From: Abditibacteriaceae bacterium
Lineage (GTDB): Bacteria > Armatimonadota > Abditibacteriia > Abditibacteriales > Abditibacteriaceae
Assembly (NCBI GenBank): GCA_965277285.1
Contig: OZ255721.1
Coordinates: forward strand, 2,080,001 to 2,144,000
DNA: 64,000 nucleotides
Reading direction: 5' to 3'
Shown here: positions 10,680-21,218 of the stretch, piece after piece
Layout: the number at the start of each line of letters is the position of its first letter
Position numbering within the stretch: position 1 is the first letter of the stretch
Notes under the pieces: generated by a model
What the model was told of the DNA's origin: nothing
Databases searched by the model: none
What the model saw: the letters and a program-made list of their open reading frames with translations, nothing else
Position numbers and translations under genes: made by a program

Positions 10680-11987
10680 TTATAAATGGATACAAGCCAT
10701 TTTTCTAAAGCCAATATAGCTCATACAAATATTAAGAAGTAATCCAGGAATAAACGAAAAAAGGCTAAAAAGGATCGCACCTTGCGTCGTGTTCACTTTT
10801 ATCAACAAAAGTAGGCATATCTCAGTGCCAATCGTGAGCGGAATATTGAGCCAAGAAATCTCCACCCAAGCTCTGGCGGCATTCATAGACCAGATGATGG
10901 CAGAAAAATTATATATTACCGAACTGAGCATCATCAACAGTAACGCTTGCTGCAAGTGTTTATATTGCTTACCCAGTATCCACAAAATCTGGTTCGGTGC
11001 CCAATAAGCCAAAGCCAGCAAAAATCCGAAGAACAACAAGGCCATAGCTAACACGCGCCAATAAAACGAAATAAGCGCGTCACGCTCTTGAATTTTGGCA
11101 AATCTTGGAATCACGATGTTACCAAGAGTTGTGTTGACCAGAGCGAACACGACAGTCAGACCACCCAGCGCACCAATTTCGGCAATGCTGCGCACATTAC
11201 CAAAAACACTCAGCAACCAAATTGTAATTTGGCCTTGCAGACAAAAAAACAAGGAAAGTGGAGCTTGTCGCTTAACAATCTTAACTATTTCCGTTCGATC
11301 ATCGGCGCGTGCAGGAGCATTTCTTTCAACACCTTCCGCAGCCCACTGCTTAAGAACATAAGATTTGATCAGCAATGTAACCGACCCCATTGCGACAGCG
11401 ACAACTGCATCAAGAAGAAGAATATAAGCTGCTGCAATGAGAGCGAGGCGCGCCACAGCCAAAGTCATGTCGAGCTTGGTGAAGCGCATAAACTCAGCGC
11501 GCAAACGGGGCACCACTTCCAGAACGCCGGTTGTCAACTGCGCATTCAACGAGGTCAGAACCACGCCCAAGATCAGGAAACAGTAAAAGGCAGAAGCGCC
11601 ATTGGAGTGCAGAGTCCATAAAAGAATGGGAGAGACAGCTATAATTACGGCGATAGCCAAGCGCTTTCTCAAGAGTAAAGCACTGTTGATAAGTTGACCA
11701 AACCGATATTTGTCCTGCCACACTTTTCCGCCAATCGACATCACTCCAATGCTAATGCCCGAATCGGCCAACACATTCATTGTTCCTTGCATGGTATTGG
11801 CGATTGTGAAATACGCGTATTCTGGCTTGGACAAAGCTCGCACTAAAACAATGCCGGTGACAGCCAACAACGCCTGTGTCACCAGTTGCAGCGAGAAAAA
11901 ACGAACCAGAATCGTTCCGACACGCTTCCATCTTGGAGCGGCATCTTGGGGCAACGGGTTAACAGGAAGCGTTTCTGCGTTGCTCAT
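10680..11987 (-). CDS. Wzx-like polysaccharide flippase
   Basis: About 12 TM segments and an RALSKPEYAYF N-terminal motif of the PST/MOP type, in the cluster context. Confidence 0.8.
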   Translation of the reverse strand: MSNAETLPVNPLPQDAAPRWKRVGTILVRFFSLQLVTQALLAVTGIVLVRALSKPEYAYFTIANTMQGTMNVLADSGISIGVMSIGGKVWQDKYRFGQLINSALLLRKRLAIAVIIAVSPILLWTLHSNGASAFYCFLILGVVLTSLNAQLTTGVLEVVPRLRAEFMRFTKLDMTLAVARLALIAAAYILLLDAVVAVAMGSVTLLIKSYVLKQWAAEGVERNAPARADDRTEIVKIVKRQAPLSLFFCLQGQITIWLLSVFGNVRSIAEIGALGGLTVVFALVNTTLGNIVIPRFAKIQERDALISFYWRVLAMALLFFGFLLALAYWAPNQILWILGKQYKHLQQALLLMMLSSVIYNFSAIIWSMNAARAWVEISWLNIPLTIGTEICLLLLIKVNTTQGAILFSLFSFIPGLLLNICMSYIGFRKMACIHL

Positions 11988-12105
11988 AAAAATTTAAGAA
12001 GACCGCACGCATATATCGAGTACTCGATTCGTATTTACGCAGAATCCAGATTTGCTTTCAACCACGAGCGAGGCCACGCACAGACTTCAATTGAGTTCGC
12101 TCGTA

Positions 12106-14424
12106 TTACAAAGTGGAAGGTTCAGCTTGTTCTTTTTCGAGATAACTACCGTAATACTTATTGTTGCTATTGTAATTATAGTAGCCGTAGTAGCTCGATT
12201 CTTCGCGCGTCAACTTGTTGAGAACGCAACCCAGCACCTTGGTTCCTGTGTGCGAAAGCAAATGACTGGTGCGCGCGATTTCGCGGCGTCCCGCTTCCTG
12301 AACTGAAATCACCAGCAGAGTGGCATCGGCGCCTGAGGCCGCGATTTGCGCGTCAGCCATCACCAGAGCTGGCGGAGTATCAATGATCACGAAGTCGGCG
12401 ATCTCCAATAATTGCCGCAACACGTTGTGAGCAGCGTGCGAGTTGAGCAGTTCAGGAGGATTGGGAGGAATGGAGCCGCTGGTAAGAATGGAAAGGCCGG
12501 GAACCGAACTTGGCTGCAAGGCCGCTTCCAGCGTTGCCGTTCCCATCACGACATTGGTGAAACCAATTTTATTTTCCAACTTCATCAAGCGATGAATCGA
12601 AGGACGACGCAAGTCCGCATCAACCAAAACCACCCTTTTCCCATCCAGCGCCATCACGATAGCGAGGTCAGCGGAAGTCGTCGACTTACCTTCATTGGGC
12701 TGACTACTGGTGACGACCAACGAGCGAATGCGGGTGTCAATCGAAGCGAACTCGATGCTGGTGCGCAGCATTCGATAGCTTTCCAACAGCATCGGGTTCT
12801 GATGAATGTCTCCGATGAGCGACTGCTTTTCTTTGTCCCGAATAAAAGGGATGACTGCCAGAACCGGCAGGCCGCTGGCGATTTCGGCGTCGCTTTCGGA
12901 ATGAACACGATCATCCAGTCGCTCGGCCACAGAAGCCATGGCTGCAGCCAGCAAACATCCCAGAACAAATGAAAGAAGAATGTTGCGCGGCTTGTTGGGA
13001 CTAATTGGCACTTCGGGAAAATCCGAAGGCGAAACAATACGCGCGGGGGAAACTTTGGCTTCCTCGCTGACGCGCAGGTTTTGATACTTTTCGTTCAACA
13101 TCTGGTAGGTGGCTTGGAGTGTTGCGACATCGGTTGTCAATTGTCCCAACTGCGCTTCCTTGCCAGGCAATTTTTGTAGTTGCGCTCGCACTTGGGCAAC
13201 CGTGGTAGTCAGGGCATGAACGCGGGATTCCTTCGCCCAAACCTGGCTTTGCGCCTTCGCCGCGTCCCCCATGACTTGCATCCGTATGGGATTGGGAGCA
13301 TTGGAAGAGGTACCGATTTCGGTTGTCGCTTCGGTCGTCAGGCGCTTTTTGATGTCGTCAATTTGACCTTGAAGCGTTTGTACCTGCGGGGAACTCGGCT
13401 GATATTCCTGCATGGCTTCCATGCGCGAGAGTTCCAGTTTAGTCAACTGCGACTTCAAGTCTTCCACGACGGGGCGGTGAACAACTGTGCTTTCGCTGAC
13501 CTGAGTTGGCGATAGCTTCGCTGCCATATTGCGCATCTGCTGCAACTGCGCGTTGTTTTCCTGTTGTTCGGTTTGGGCCTGACGCAGATCGCTTTCGGCT
13601 TGTGCTAATTGCGCGACGCGGCCTTGCGTTTCCGCTGTAATATCAATGGTACCGTTGCTTTCTTTGAAACGACGCAGCTTTTGGCGCGCCTCGTACAATT
13701 CTTGGCGCACGCCAGGCAGTTGGCTGCTGACGTAGCGCGTTGCAGTCAAGACCTGTTGTTGATTTTGCTGCTGCACCGAATTGATGTATTCATCGCAAAT
13801 GGCCTGCGAATAGGTTTGCGCCGCTTTGGGGTCGCGGCTCGTCACGTTGACAGCGATGACATCGGTATCGCGCACAGGAACGATGTCAACCACCGAATAG
13901 GTCTTGATGGCTTGCCTTTGAGCTTCAGGTATTCTCACCAAAGCGCCTTTCTTGATCGGCGTACTCTTGACCACTTCAATTTGCGTTTCCTGCGAACGTG
14001 CTTTTGTTGCATCCAACAAGTCGGCTAAAACCGGCATAGAATCGCTGGAAGAACTCGAAGAACCCGCAGTCGAGGTATCGACAAGCAGCGTGGCCGTCGC
14101 TTGATAGATAGGTTTCGCCAGAAAGGTTAAAACCGTGCCCAGCGCGACCACCAAAATCACGGTCGCAGCCATGATCTTGCGACGACGGCGCAGAATCGTG
14201 AATACCTGACGCAAGTCGACGTTTTCCTGCCCCATGGCCGCCGAGTAACCCATCGGGTTACCATTGAGCGAACCGGGCATCGTGCCCATTCCTGAAGAAA
14301 CACCGTTTTCTATACCGCTTATACCGCTTATACCGTTCAAATGGTTGGAGTCTTGAACATCCGACGGCGCATTAACGGCAACGGAATTTTCGCGCGCTCC
14401 AAGAGAAGATTTTCGTATGTTCAT
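12106..14424 (-). CDS. wzc: Wzc/GumC polysaccharide co-polymerase with BY-kinase domain
   Basis: Two TM helices flanking a coiled coil, Walker A (PNEGKST), DADLRRP, DTPP, and a C-terminal Tyr cluster (YYGYYNYNSNNKYYGSY). Confidence 0.92.
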   Translation of the reverse strand: MNIRKSSLGARENSVAVNAPSDVQDSNHLNGISGISGIENGVSSGMGTMPGSLNGNPMGYSAAMGQENVDLRQVFTILRRRRKIMAATVILVVALGTVLTFLAKPIYQATATLLVDTSTAGSSSSSSDSMPVLADLLDATKARSQETQIEVVKSTPIKKGALVRIPEAQRQAIKTYSVVDIVPVRDTDVIAVNVTSRDPKAAQTYSQAICDEYINSVQQQNQQQVLTATRYVSSQLPGVRQELYEARQKLRRFKESNGTIDITAETQGRVAQLAQAESDLRQAQTEQQENNAQLQQMRNMAAKLSPTQVSESTVVHRPVVEDLKSQLTKLELSRMEAMQEYQPSSPQVQTLQGQIDDIKKRLTTEATTEIGTSSNAPNPIRMQVMGDAAKAQSQVWAKESRVHALTTTVAQVRAQLQKLPGKEAQLGQLTTDVATLQATYQMLNEKYQNLRVSEEAKVSPARIVSPSDFPEVPISPNKPRNILLSFVLGCLLAAAMASVAERLDDRVHSESDAEIASGLPVLAVIPFIRDKEKQSLIGDIHQNPMLLESYRMLRTSIEFASIDTRIRSLVVTSSQPNEGKSTTSADLAIVMALDGKRVVLVDADLRRPSIHRLMKLENKIGFTNVVMGTATLEAALQPSSVPGLSILTSGSIPPNPPELLNSHAAHNVLRQLLEIADFVIIDTPPALVMADAQIAASGADATLLVISVQEAGRREIARTSHLLSHTGTKVLGCVLNKLTREESSYYGYYNYNSNNKYYGSYLEKEQAEPSTL

Positions 14425-15070
14425 GAACGAGTACTCGAAATCAAGCTGGGATCAAATAACGTGAAACTAAAAGCAGAGAGCAGATTTCCCAGCCTGCAAA
14501 CTCTACAACCCTGACATTCCTGAGCCAACGTTTTGCTTTTTCAGATTACAAACGCCGTAATCATATCATAAGTAACGGACAGAACCAAAATAATAACGCT
14601 TTGAGGAGACGCGCATTAGAAAAGCAGCGAGCAAAGAGCCGCGAGGTTTAATGGACAACACATCATAAAGATTCAACAACCAGAAATGCGTGCGATTCAT
14701 CCGGCTAAACGTGCAAACCCTTGTCGGATTATAGGTTTGGCCTGCCACCTTCATCGCCTCGGAACGCCGATTTTTCCGCTGCAACGATGATACGCGAAAC
14801 ATTCAAGCACCTCAAGTGTATTCCACAAAAATTAACAACGTGTGACATTGAAGCGGAATTTACCTGCTCTTTTCTTAAGGAAGTTGGGCGCGATGCGTTC
14901 TTCGTCTTCAAAATGGCTGACCAGATCAACGACGGCGCCGCGTTTCAAACCGGCTTCGCGCGCATTGAATTCTTCAAAGCCAGGAATCACGCGCTCAATG
15001 AGTACTCGAATGCGGTCTTAACAAAGTAGCGCGATGGCCTTGAGGATTTTAGGTGGAATAGCGAAGCCTT

Positions 15071-15099
15071 GTACGGGCGATCCGGCGGGTCGCCCGTAC
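15071..15099. repeat. Single REP-like GC-rich hairpin
   Basis: GTACGGGCGA-tccggcggg-TCGCCCGTAC, just downstream of ppa. Confidence 0.5.
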
Positions 15100-15120
15100 C
15101 ATGAAGTTCCACTTGAGCGT

Positions 15121-15882
15121 TTAGTTTTCGTCTTCTGCGTCGTTGCGCGACAAGCGTTCGGCAGCGCGGCGCGCGGCTTCGGCGCGCGCGGACAGCGAAG
15201 GCGTGCGCGCTGAGGTTTCTTCGATTCCTTCAGCGGTTTCGTAATGCTCGAGCAGGAGTTCGTGCGCTTCCAATTGGGCTTTGCGCTCGGCTTCCTGTTC
15301 GGCGGCTTCGCTTTTCAAAATCGGCGCATCCGGTCGCTTGGTGCCGTCGGCATTGAACGTTTGGCGATAAAGTTCGATGCTGCACAGCAAGATTTCCTGA
15401 GCTTCCGCACAATTTTTGAAACGCTCGATGCGCACTTGTTTGTGCTCGAGTTTTTTATAGTCTTCAAAAAATTGCTGCAACTCGAACAAGGTGTGGCGCG
15501 GCAGTTCGCTGATGTCGCGGTAATGCGAAAACGCTGGATCGTGGGCATGAACCGCGATGATTTTGTCGTCTTCTTCGTCCTGATCGATCATCTGCATGAC
15601 GCCGATGGGCCGCGCCGTGAGGATGCACATCGGCACGACCGGTTCTTGTCCCAGCACCAAAATATCGAGCGGGTCGCGGTCATCGCAATAGGTTTGCGGA
15701 ATAAAACCGTAATTGGCCGGATAGAAAACCGCCGAATACAAGACGCGATCCAGCCGCAACAAGCCGGAGTTCTTGTCCAGTTCGTATTTATTGCGCGAGC
15801 CGCGCGGCACTTCGATGATACATTCCACGAGTTCGGGCGTTTTCTTGCCCGGCTCGATGCCATGCCAGGGATGAACAATCAT
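15121..15882 (-). CDS. ppa: Family I inorganic pyrophosphatase with charged C-terminal extension
   Basis: [34 protein letters not shown] and FFEDYK motifs. Confidence 0.95.
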   Translation of the reverse strand: MIVHPWHGIEPGKKTPELVECIIEVPRGSRNKYELDKNSGLLRLDRVLYSAVFYPANYGFIPQTYCDDRDPLDILVLGQEPVVPMCILTARPIGVMQMIDQDEEDDKIIAVHAHDPAFSHYRDISELPRHTLFELQQFFEDYKKLEHKQVRIERFKNCAEAQEILLCSIELYRQTFNADGTKRPDAPILKSEAAEQEAERKAQLEAHELLLEHYETAEGIEETSARTPSLSARAEAARRAAERLSRNDAEDEN

Positions 15883-15896
15883 GCGCGGCAGTTTAT

Positions 15897-16008
15897 CAAA
15901 TGATGAATGATAAATACGGAATGATGAATCCGAAGCAGAACTTCAACGACAAAGTTGGAGTTTCGAGTACTCGATATTCATCATTCCGTATTTATCATTC
16001 ATCATTTG
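15897..16008. repeat. Inverted-repeat element made of heptamer arrays, with TCGAGTACTCGA in the spacer
   Basis: Perfect 33-bp IR (15897-15929 / 15976-16008) of AATGATG/AATACGG-type units, lying between the divergent ppa and kinase genes. Confidence 0.85.
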
Positions 16009-16038
16009 CGATTGCCGTTCTGTGCGAAAGTCGATACA

Positions 16039-18417
16039 ATGTTTGCGATGCGTGCGCTTTCTTCTCGCAACCCCAAACCGCCCGATGCGGCTTCAGCGCG
16101 TCCGCCGCGCGTGGCTTCCGACGTGCGCTATGATATTCTCGACCGCGTTGGCGAAGGCACTTTGTTCGTCGTTTATCGCGTGCGCGAAAAAAGCAGCAAT
16201 CGTTTGCTGGCGCTCAAAGCGCTCAAAAATAACTTCAACGATCATCCGCAATTTGCGCCCGCACTGGCGCAGGCTTTGGCCGATGCCGCCGCGTTTTCGC
16301 ATCCTCTTTTAGCGCGCATCGAAGAAGTCGGGCGCGAAGACGGAACTTTGTTTCAGTTACAGGAATGGTTGCCCGGCCAATCGCTGGAAGCACGTTTGCG
16401 GCGCGCGCCTTTTGGACGCATCGAAACGCTGTCGAGTACGCGACAAATCGCTGAAGCGCTGCAGTATCTTCACGAGAACGGCTCAGTTCATGGCGATTTG
16501 CGCCCGCGCCAAATTATTTCTTCGAGCGACGGTCAACTCAAGCTGACCGATTACAACCTGAGTCCAGCGTTTCACGCCGCTAATTTATCGCCCGCCGATG
16601 TTTTGCAAGACGCGGTTGGCTACACGGCGCCTGAACTGAGCGTTGCAACAGGACGAGAAGCCGCGCCCGCCACGCCGCAAAGCGATCTGTATTCGCTGGG
16701 CGTAATTTTGTATCGAATGCTGGCCGGACGCGCGCCCTTTGAAGGCCCGTCGCCCGTCGCGGTTGCGATGCGTCACCGCAATGATGCGCCGCTTCCGCCC
16801 AGTCGCTTCAATCCGCATTGTCCGCCCGATCTGGAAGAAATTGCTCTGCGCTTGTTGCAGAAAAATCCAACTGCGCGATATGCTTCCGCTGCTGAATTAT
16901 TGGAAGTTCTGGGCGGCGCATCCACCTTAACGCCAAACCCTGTGACTGCGCCCGTTGCTTTGATTGAAGCCGCGCCGGTTGTCATCGAAGAAACGATTCC
17001 ATCCGCGCAAACGCAACCTTTGCCGGTTGATGCAAGCGCCGACGTTTCTAACAACGACGCTGACAACGATTCGAGTACTCGAATTGCGCCTCAGGTTAAC
17101 CAAAAGGTTAACCAAGATGATGTTTCGGGCGATGCTTCGTTGTTTCCCGCCACGATGCCGATCAGCCTAATTGCCAACGCGCCGCTTTCCACACTGAATG
17201 CGACAGCGACAAACGCGACGACAGCAAACGCGACGACAGCAAACGCGACAGCAGCGACCGTGACAACTTCCAATGTCGCACCTGCTGTTGCAGTGCCGGT
17301 CGCGGGAACGAGTTCGGTGACGGGCGCGCCGACTTTGCCGCCGACCGAAGAAGACATTGCGGCGGACGCGGCTTTGGAGCGTAAAGCGATTAAAAAGCAT
17401 CGGCGGCGCGAAGCGTTGGGCGCTTTTCTGGCGTTCTTCTGGATTTGGGTCGCGCTGGGATTGTTGGGCGGCATCGTTTACGGTTCTTACAACTGGTGGG
17501 TCAAGCAAACGCCGCGCGACGTGATTGTGCCTTCTTACATCGGAAAAAACGAAACCGAAGCCAAAACGATTTTGGAAAAAGCCGGCTTGAAGTTCAACGA
17601 AATCGGCGAAGTTTATGACCCGCGGCGTCCGGCGGGAACCGTAATTCGCGGTTTTCCGGCGCCTGGGAAAGTTGTCAAGCCTGGTCGCCCAATTGATGTA
17701 ACTGTTTCGCGCGGTGCGGAAAAAGTCGTCATGCCCGACTTGAGCGAACTCGATCTGGTTCACGTCCGGCAGATTTTGGAAAAAGCGGGAATGCGCCTGG
17801 GCAACATCTCAACGATGTACCATGACACCATTGCGCGCGGCTACATTTGTGGCCAATATCCGCAACCCGGCGACGCCTTCAGCCGCTCCGAACCGATCAA
17901 TCTCGTAATTAGTCGTGGGCCGCAACCCGCCGCTACCTCAAACGCTGCGTCTCTGCCGCAAACGCCGGATGCGCAAAACGGCTCTGGAGACAGCGGTTCA
18001 ACAGACAATGGCGCAAGCGATAACGGTGCAACAGACAACGGCACGATTGACAACGGTAATAGCGCGCTGGCTGACCAGAACAGCGACCAGGAAAATCCGC
18101 CGATTAGCAGCCAAGCGCAAACCGACAATGCAACAGCGCCAGGCGCACCGGACGCCAGTGACACCACAGGCGACAGTGGCCCCATGGTTTCGCGCACAAT
18201 TCATGTTCGCATTCCGGTTCCGAAAAAAGGCGGCGCCACGACGCGTGAAGTGCGTGTTGTCGTGCGCGATGCCGATGGCGAACACATTGTCTACGACGAA
18301 AACCATGCGCCCGGCGAACGGATTGACGAATACGTTCAAATCACGCGCGCGCAAGGCGGTAGTGCGACGATTCTGATTTACATCGACGGCGCCCTGCAAA
18401 AACGACAGCGCGTTTAA
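16039..18417 (+). CDS. Hanks-type Ser/Thr kinase-like protein with TM helix and PASTA domains (catalytic motifs degenerate)
   Basis: Kinase fold (YTAPE, SDLYSLGVILY), one TM helix, and PASTA repeats (VPSYIGK, MPDLSEL). Start moved downstream of the repeat element. Confidence 0.88.
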   Translation: MFAMRALSSRNPKPPDAASARPPRVASDVRYDILDRVGEGTLFVVYRVREKSSNRLLALKALKNNFNDHPQFAPALAQALADAAAFSHPLLARIEEVGREDGTLFQLQEWLPGQSLEARLRRAPFGRIETLSSTRQIAEALQYLHENGSVHGDLRPRQIISSSDGQLKLTDYNLSPAFHAANLSPADVLQDAVGYTAPELSVATGREAAPATPQSDLYSLGVILYRMLAGRAPFEGPSPVAVAMRHRNDAPLPPSRFNPHCPPDLEEIALRLLQKNPTARYASAAELLEVLGGASTLTPNPVTAPVALIEAAPVVIEETIPSAQTQPLPVDASADVSNNDADNDSSTRIAPQVNQKVNQDDVSGDASLFPATMPISLIANAPLSTLNATATNATTANATTANATAATVTTSNVAPAVAVPVAGTSSVTGAPTLPPTEEDIAADAALERKAIKKHRRREALGAFLAFFWIWVALGLLGGIVYGSYNWWVKQTPRDVIVPSYIGKNETEAKTILEKAGLKFNEIGEVYDPRRPAGTVIRGFPAPGKVVKPGRPIDVTVSRGAEKVVMPDLSELDLVHVRQILEKAGMRLGNISTMYHDTIARGYICGQYPQPGDAFSRSEPINLVISRGPQPAATSNAASLPQTPDAQNGSGDSGSTDNGASDNGATDNGTIDNGNSALADQNSDQENPPISSQAQTDNATAPGAPDASDTTGDSGPMVSRTIHVRIPVPKKGGATTREVRVVVRDADGEHIVYDENHAPGERIDEYVQITRAQGGSATILIYIDGALQKRQRV

Positions 18418-18419
18418 TT

Positions 18420-19205
18420 ATGTTCGCCGCTGCTTCCTCCGCCTCCGCGCGATTTTGTCCCGCATCGAGTACTCGATTCCTCATATCGCGTCTTTTCGTT
18501 ACGCGCACGGCTTTACTGTTCAAAGCCACGCTTGTTCCCAGGCGACTTTGGCTTTTGCATCGCACATCCACGCCAACACCTTCAGCTTCGGCTTCAGCTG
18601 ACGATTCCGCTCAAGTTTCTGCGGAAACTGAATGGATTCGTCGCGCGCAAAACGGCGATTTGGAAGCGTTCGATGCGCTGGTCGCGCTGCATCAAAACAA
18701 AGTTTTCAACTTGTGCCGCTGGAACCTGGGCAACGACGAAGACGCGGCGGATGCAGCGCAAGATGTTTTCGTGCGCGCCTGGAAAGCCATCGGCAAATTT
18801 CGCGGCGATTGCTCGCTTTCGACGTGGCTGCACCGCATCGCCGTCAATGTTATTTCCGATACCGCCAACAAACGTAAGCGCGCGCCTTTGCCGTTTTCCA
18901 CACTGGGCGAAACCGAAAACGACGAGCAAACGCCCGATTTCGAGACGCCCGATCTCAGCACGATTTCCAACCCGCAAGACGCCGCCTTGCGCAATGCCAA
19001 ACGTTTGGCGGTTCAAAAAGCGTTGGCGGCTTTGCCCGAAAATCAACGCGCGGTTTTGGTGTTGTTCGATGTGCAAGGTCAGTCGTATGAAGACGTGGCC
19101 GCCATTTTGGAACTGCCGCTGGGAACCGTCAAAAGCCGCTTGAGCCGCGCGCGATTGGCCTTGCGCGCGCAACTCGAAACCTCTCGGGAACTTTGGGACG
19201 ACTAA
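18420..19205 (+). CDS. ECF RNA polymerase sigma factor
   Basis: Region 2 (DAAQDVFVRAW, STWLHRIAVN) and region 4 (SYEDVAAILELPLGTVKSRLSRAR). True start may be downstream. Confidence 0.93.
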   Translation: MFAAASSASARFCPASSTRFLISRLFVTRTALLFKATLVPRRLWLLHRTSTPTPSASASADDSAQVSAETEWIRRAQNGDLEAFDALVALHQNKVFNLCRWNLGNDEDAADAAQDVFVRAWKAIGKFRGDCSLSTWLHRIAVNVISDTANKRKRAPLPFSTLGETENDEQTPDFETPDLSTISNPQDAALRNAKRLAVQKALAALPENQRAVLVLFDVQGQSYEDVAAILELPLGTVKSRLSRARLALRAQLETSRELWDD

Positions 19206-19227
19206 AGCGGTCGTAATCTCAACAACG

Positions 19228-21165
19228 ATGTCCAATTTCCTGTCCTGCGAAGAATGCCGCGCCGAAATCGCTTCTCTTACTCCGGCGAATTTGCGCGCGC
19301 CATTAAATCAAGTGGCGCCCGAACTTTCCGCCGCAGCCTTGTCGCATTTGGAAAACTGCGCGGCTTGCCGATTCGAGTACTCGATGCTGCGCGGCATCGC
19401 CAGCGAATTGAACGCTTTGCCGGTTCACGCTGCACCGCCCGATTTGCGCGCTCGCATTCGCACGCAAATCGAACGCGAAAGTGTGGCTTCATCGCCCGTT
19501 CTCACAGCGCGCCGTTCATTGTTTCCGCGCGTTTCAACGCCGATTTTCAAAGTTCCGCGCTGGGCGACAATTTCGTTTTCGGGCGCGTTAGTAACAGCGT
19601 GCTTGCTGCTTTCGCTGGCGCGCCAACCGCGTTCGCTCTACACGTCGTCAGCGCTCAACAACGATCTCGCAACTTCGAGCGCTCAAACATCGAGTGAAGA
19701 TTCGGGAAATACGCCGAGCGCGTCGGTCAGCAAAGCTGTACAAAGCGAAAATACGATTCGTTCCGCCGCGAAAGTTGGCGCTCAATCTACCAACCAAAAA
19801 ACGACTTTGAAGCCAACAACTTCAGCGTCCGCCACGCCAGGTTCTTCCGCCAATCCCACAACTTCGAGTACTCGAAGCGTCGCGCCAACGATGCCAGGCG
19901 ACCATGTCGATACTCACAATGAACCTTCAGCGTCCGTTGCAGCGCCTGCCTCGTCGCCGCTTTTGCCGTCCAATTCAGCGCCACGACAAAACATATCGTC
20001 CGCAAAAACTTCGCCGCAAAGTGCGCCTGCTGCAAATTCCACTTCGTCTCAGGACGAAAAACGTTTCGCGCAACTGGAAGTTTTGCCGTCTGAAAACCCA
20101 ACCGTTCGTGGGACAATTGCAGAAAATGGCGCTCCAATGCATTCTGACAACGCGTCGTCGGGACGTGAACTATCGGGACGCGCAGTGTCGGGCAACGGAA
20201 ATTTGGGCGTTGCTCAAGATGCAATGCGTTCTCGGAGCGCGTTGCCCGCAAGTTCCGCTGCGGCAAATTCATCTGCGGCAGCGCAATCTTCAAGCAATGC
20301 CGCGTCATCATCCGCGACAACTTCAGGTGCTGCTTCAACAACTGGCAACGCTCGTAATTCCGTCAGTGACAACGTTGCGTCAGGCGCAATGGCGCCGCAA
20401 TACGCCGCACCGAAAAGTTCCAGTCGCGCAGTGTCGGGCGCAAGCACACGGGAACAACCCAATAACGAAGATAATTCTGGTTCTTCCGCTTCTTCTGCGC
20501 CGACAGCTTCTGCGCCAACGGCTTCTACATCAACAGCAGATCAAGACCGGCGGCGTCCTAAGAGTTCAAGTACTCGAAACGCCAATTCGTCATCCGCCGA
20601 TTCATCATCCGCCAGTTTTTCGCGCGGCGCCGCGTCGGTTCCCGATACAGTGCAATCAGGTGCAGGCACGCAAAGCGACACGATAAAAAACGACGCAAAC
20701 GGCAAAGTTGCGCCGCGTGACGCCGCACAAAACCGCGTCGCGGTCGCTGGCTCTTTGTTCAAAGGGACAGCCAAAAATTCTGCTTCACCACTGGCTTTAC
20801 CTGCTGCGCCGCTCGCGGCGGTTCGCACGATGAAAAAATTGTCTAACGAGCAAGCTGGCGCGTCTGACGATCAAGCGAGTCAGCGCGCGCGTTTGACCAT
20901 TGTGCCGCGATTGGACGCGAGTTCGGCGCGCCTTGTGGTTCAATGGCAGAGCGTTTCGCCAAAGAACAACGAAACCGTCGTGTGGCGCGGCGCGGCGCGG
21001 CGTCATCAACCGATTGTGGTGATCGTTTTCATTCCGCATGACGCGTCGGGGAACAAAAATCGGCGCGTTCAAGTCTCCTTACAGGTTTTGCAAGCTAACA
21101 AGTCGCAGAACACCTGGAAAACTGTCGATTCGACAACGCTCAACGCTTCTGTTGCGCAACGTTGA
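19228..21165 (+). CDS. Zinc-binding (ZAS) anti-sigma factor with TM helix and long Ser/Ala-rich extracytoplasmic region
   Basis: HLENCAAC (HxxxCxxC) motif and a TM segment, directly downstream of the ECF sigma. Confidence 0.8.
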   Translation: MSNFLSCEECRAEIASLTPANLRAPLNQVAPELSAAALSHLENCAACRFEYSMLRGIASELNALPVHAAPPDLRARIRTQIERESVASSPVLTARRSLFPRVSTPIFKVPRWATISFSGALVTACLLLSLARQPRSLYTSSALNNDLATSSAQTSSEDSGNTPSASVSKAVQSENTIRSAAKVGAQSTNQKTTLKPTTSASATPGSSANPTTSSTRSVAPTMPGDHVDTHNEPSASVAAPASSPLLPSNSAPRQNISSAKTSPQSAPAANSTSSQDEKRFAQLEVLPSENPTVRGTIAENGAPMHSDNASSGRELSGRAVSGNGNLGVAQDAMRSRSALPASSAAANSSAAAQSSSNAASSSATTSGAASTTGNARNSVSDNVASGAMAPQYAAPKSSSRAVSGASTREQPNNEDNSGSSASSAPTASAPTASTSTADQDRRRPKSSSTRNANSSSADSSSASFSRGAASVPDTVQSGAGTQSDTIKNDANGKVAPRDAAQNRVAVAGSLFKGTAKNSASPLALPAAPLAAVRTMKKLSNEQAGASDDQASQRARLTIVPRLDASSARLVVQWQSVSPKNNETVVWRGAARRHQPIVVIVFIPHDASGNKNRRVQVSLQVLQANKSQNTWKTVDSTTLNASVAQR

Positions 21166-21218
21166 AACAAGGTTTTCGCTTCGTGTTGCGGCTTGCGACC
21201 TTTGTTTTGGAGGCGTTT

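Noticed and set aside
14566..15029. Short ORFs between wzc and ppa
   Set aside because: They overlap each other and carry no recognisable domain. This is probably promoter DNA or a remnant, and I saw no ops/JUMPStart element.
15955..16038. N-terminal extension of the kinase ORF (also ylxR 46583-46654 and hisG 62448-62633)
   Set aside because: These come from the longest-ORF rule reading through repeats or intergenic DNA; better starts lie downstream.
17198..18060. 15-bp tandem repeats (ANATT and TDNGA peptides); also GGTST repeats at about 55586-55650
   Set aside because: These are ordinary in-frame low-complexity linker expansions.
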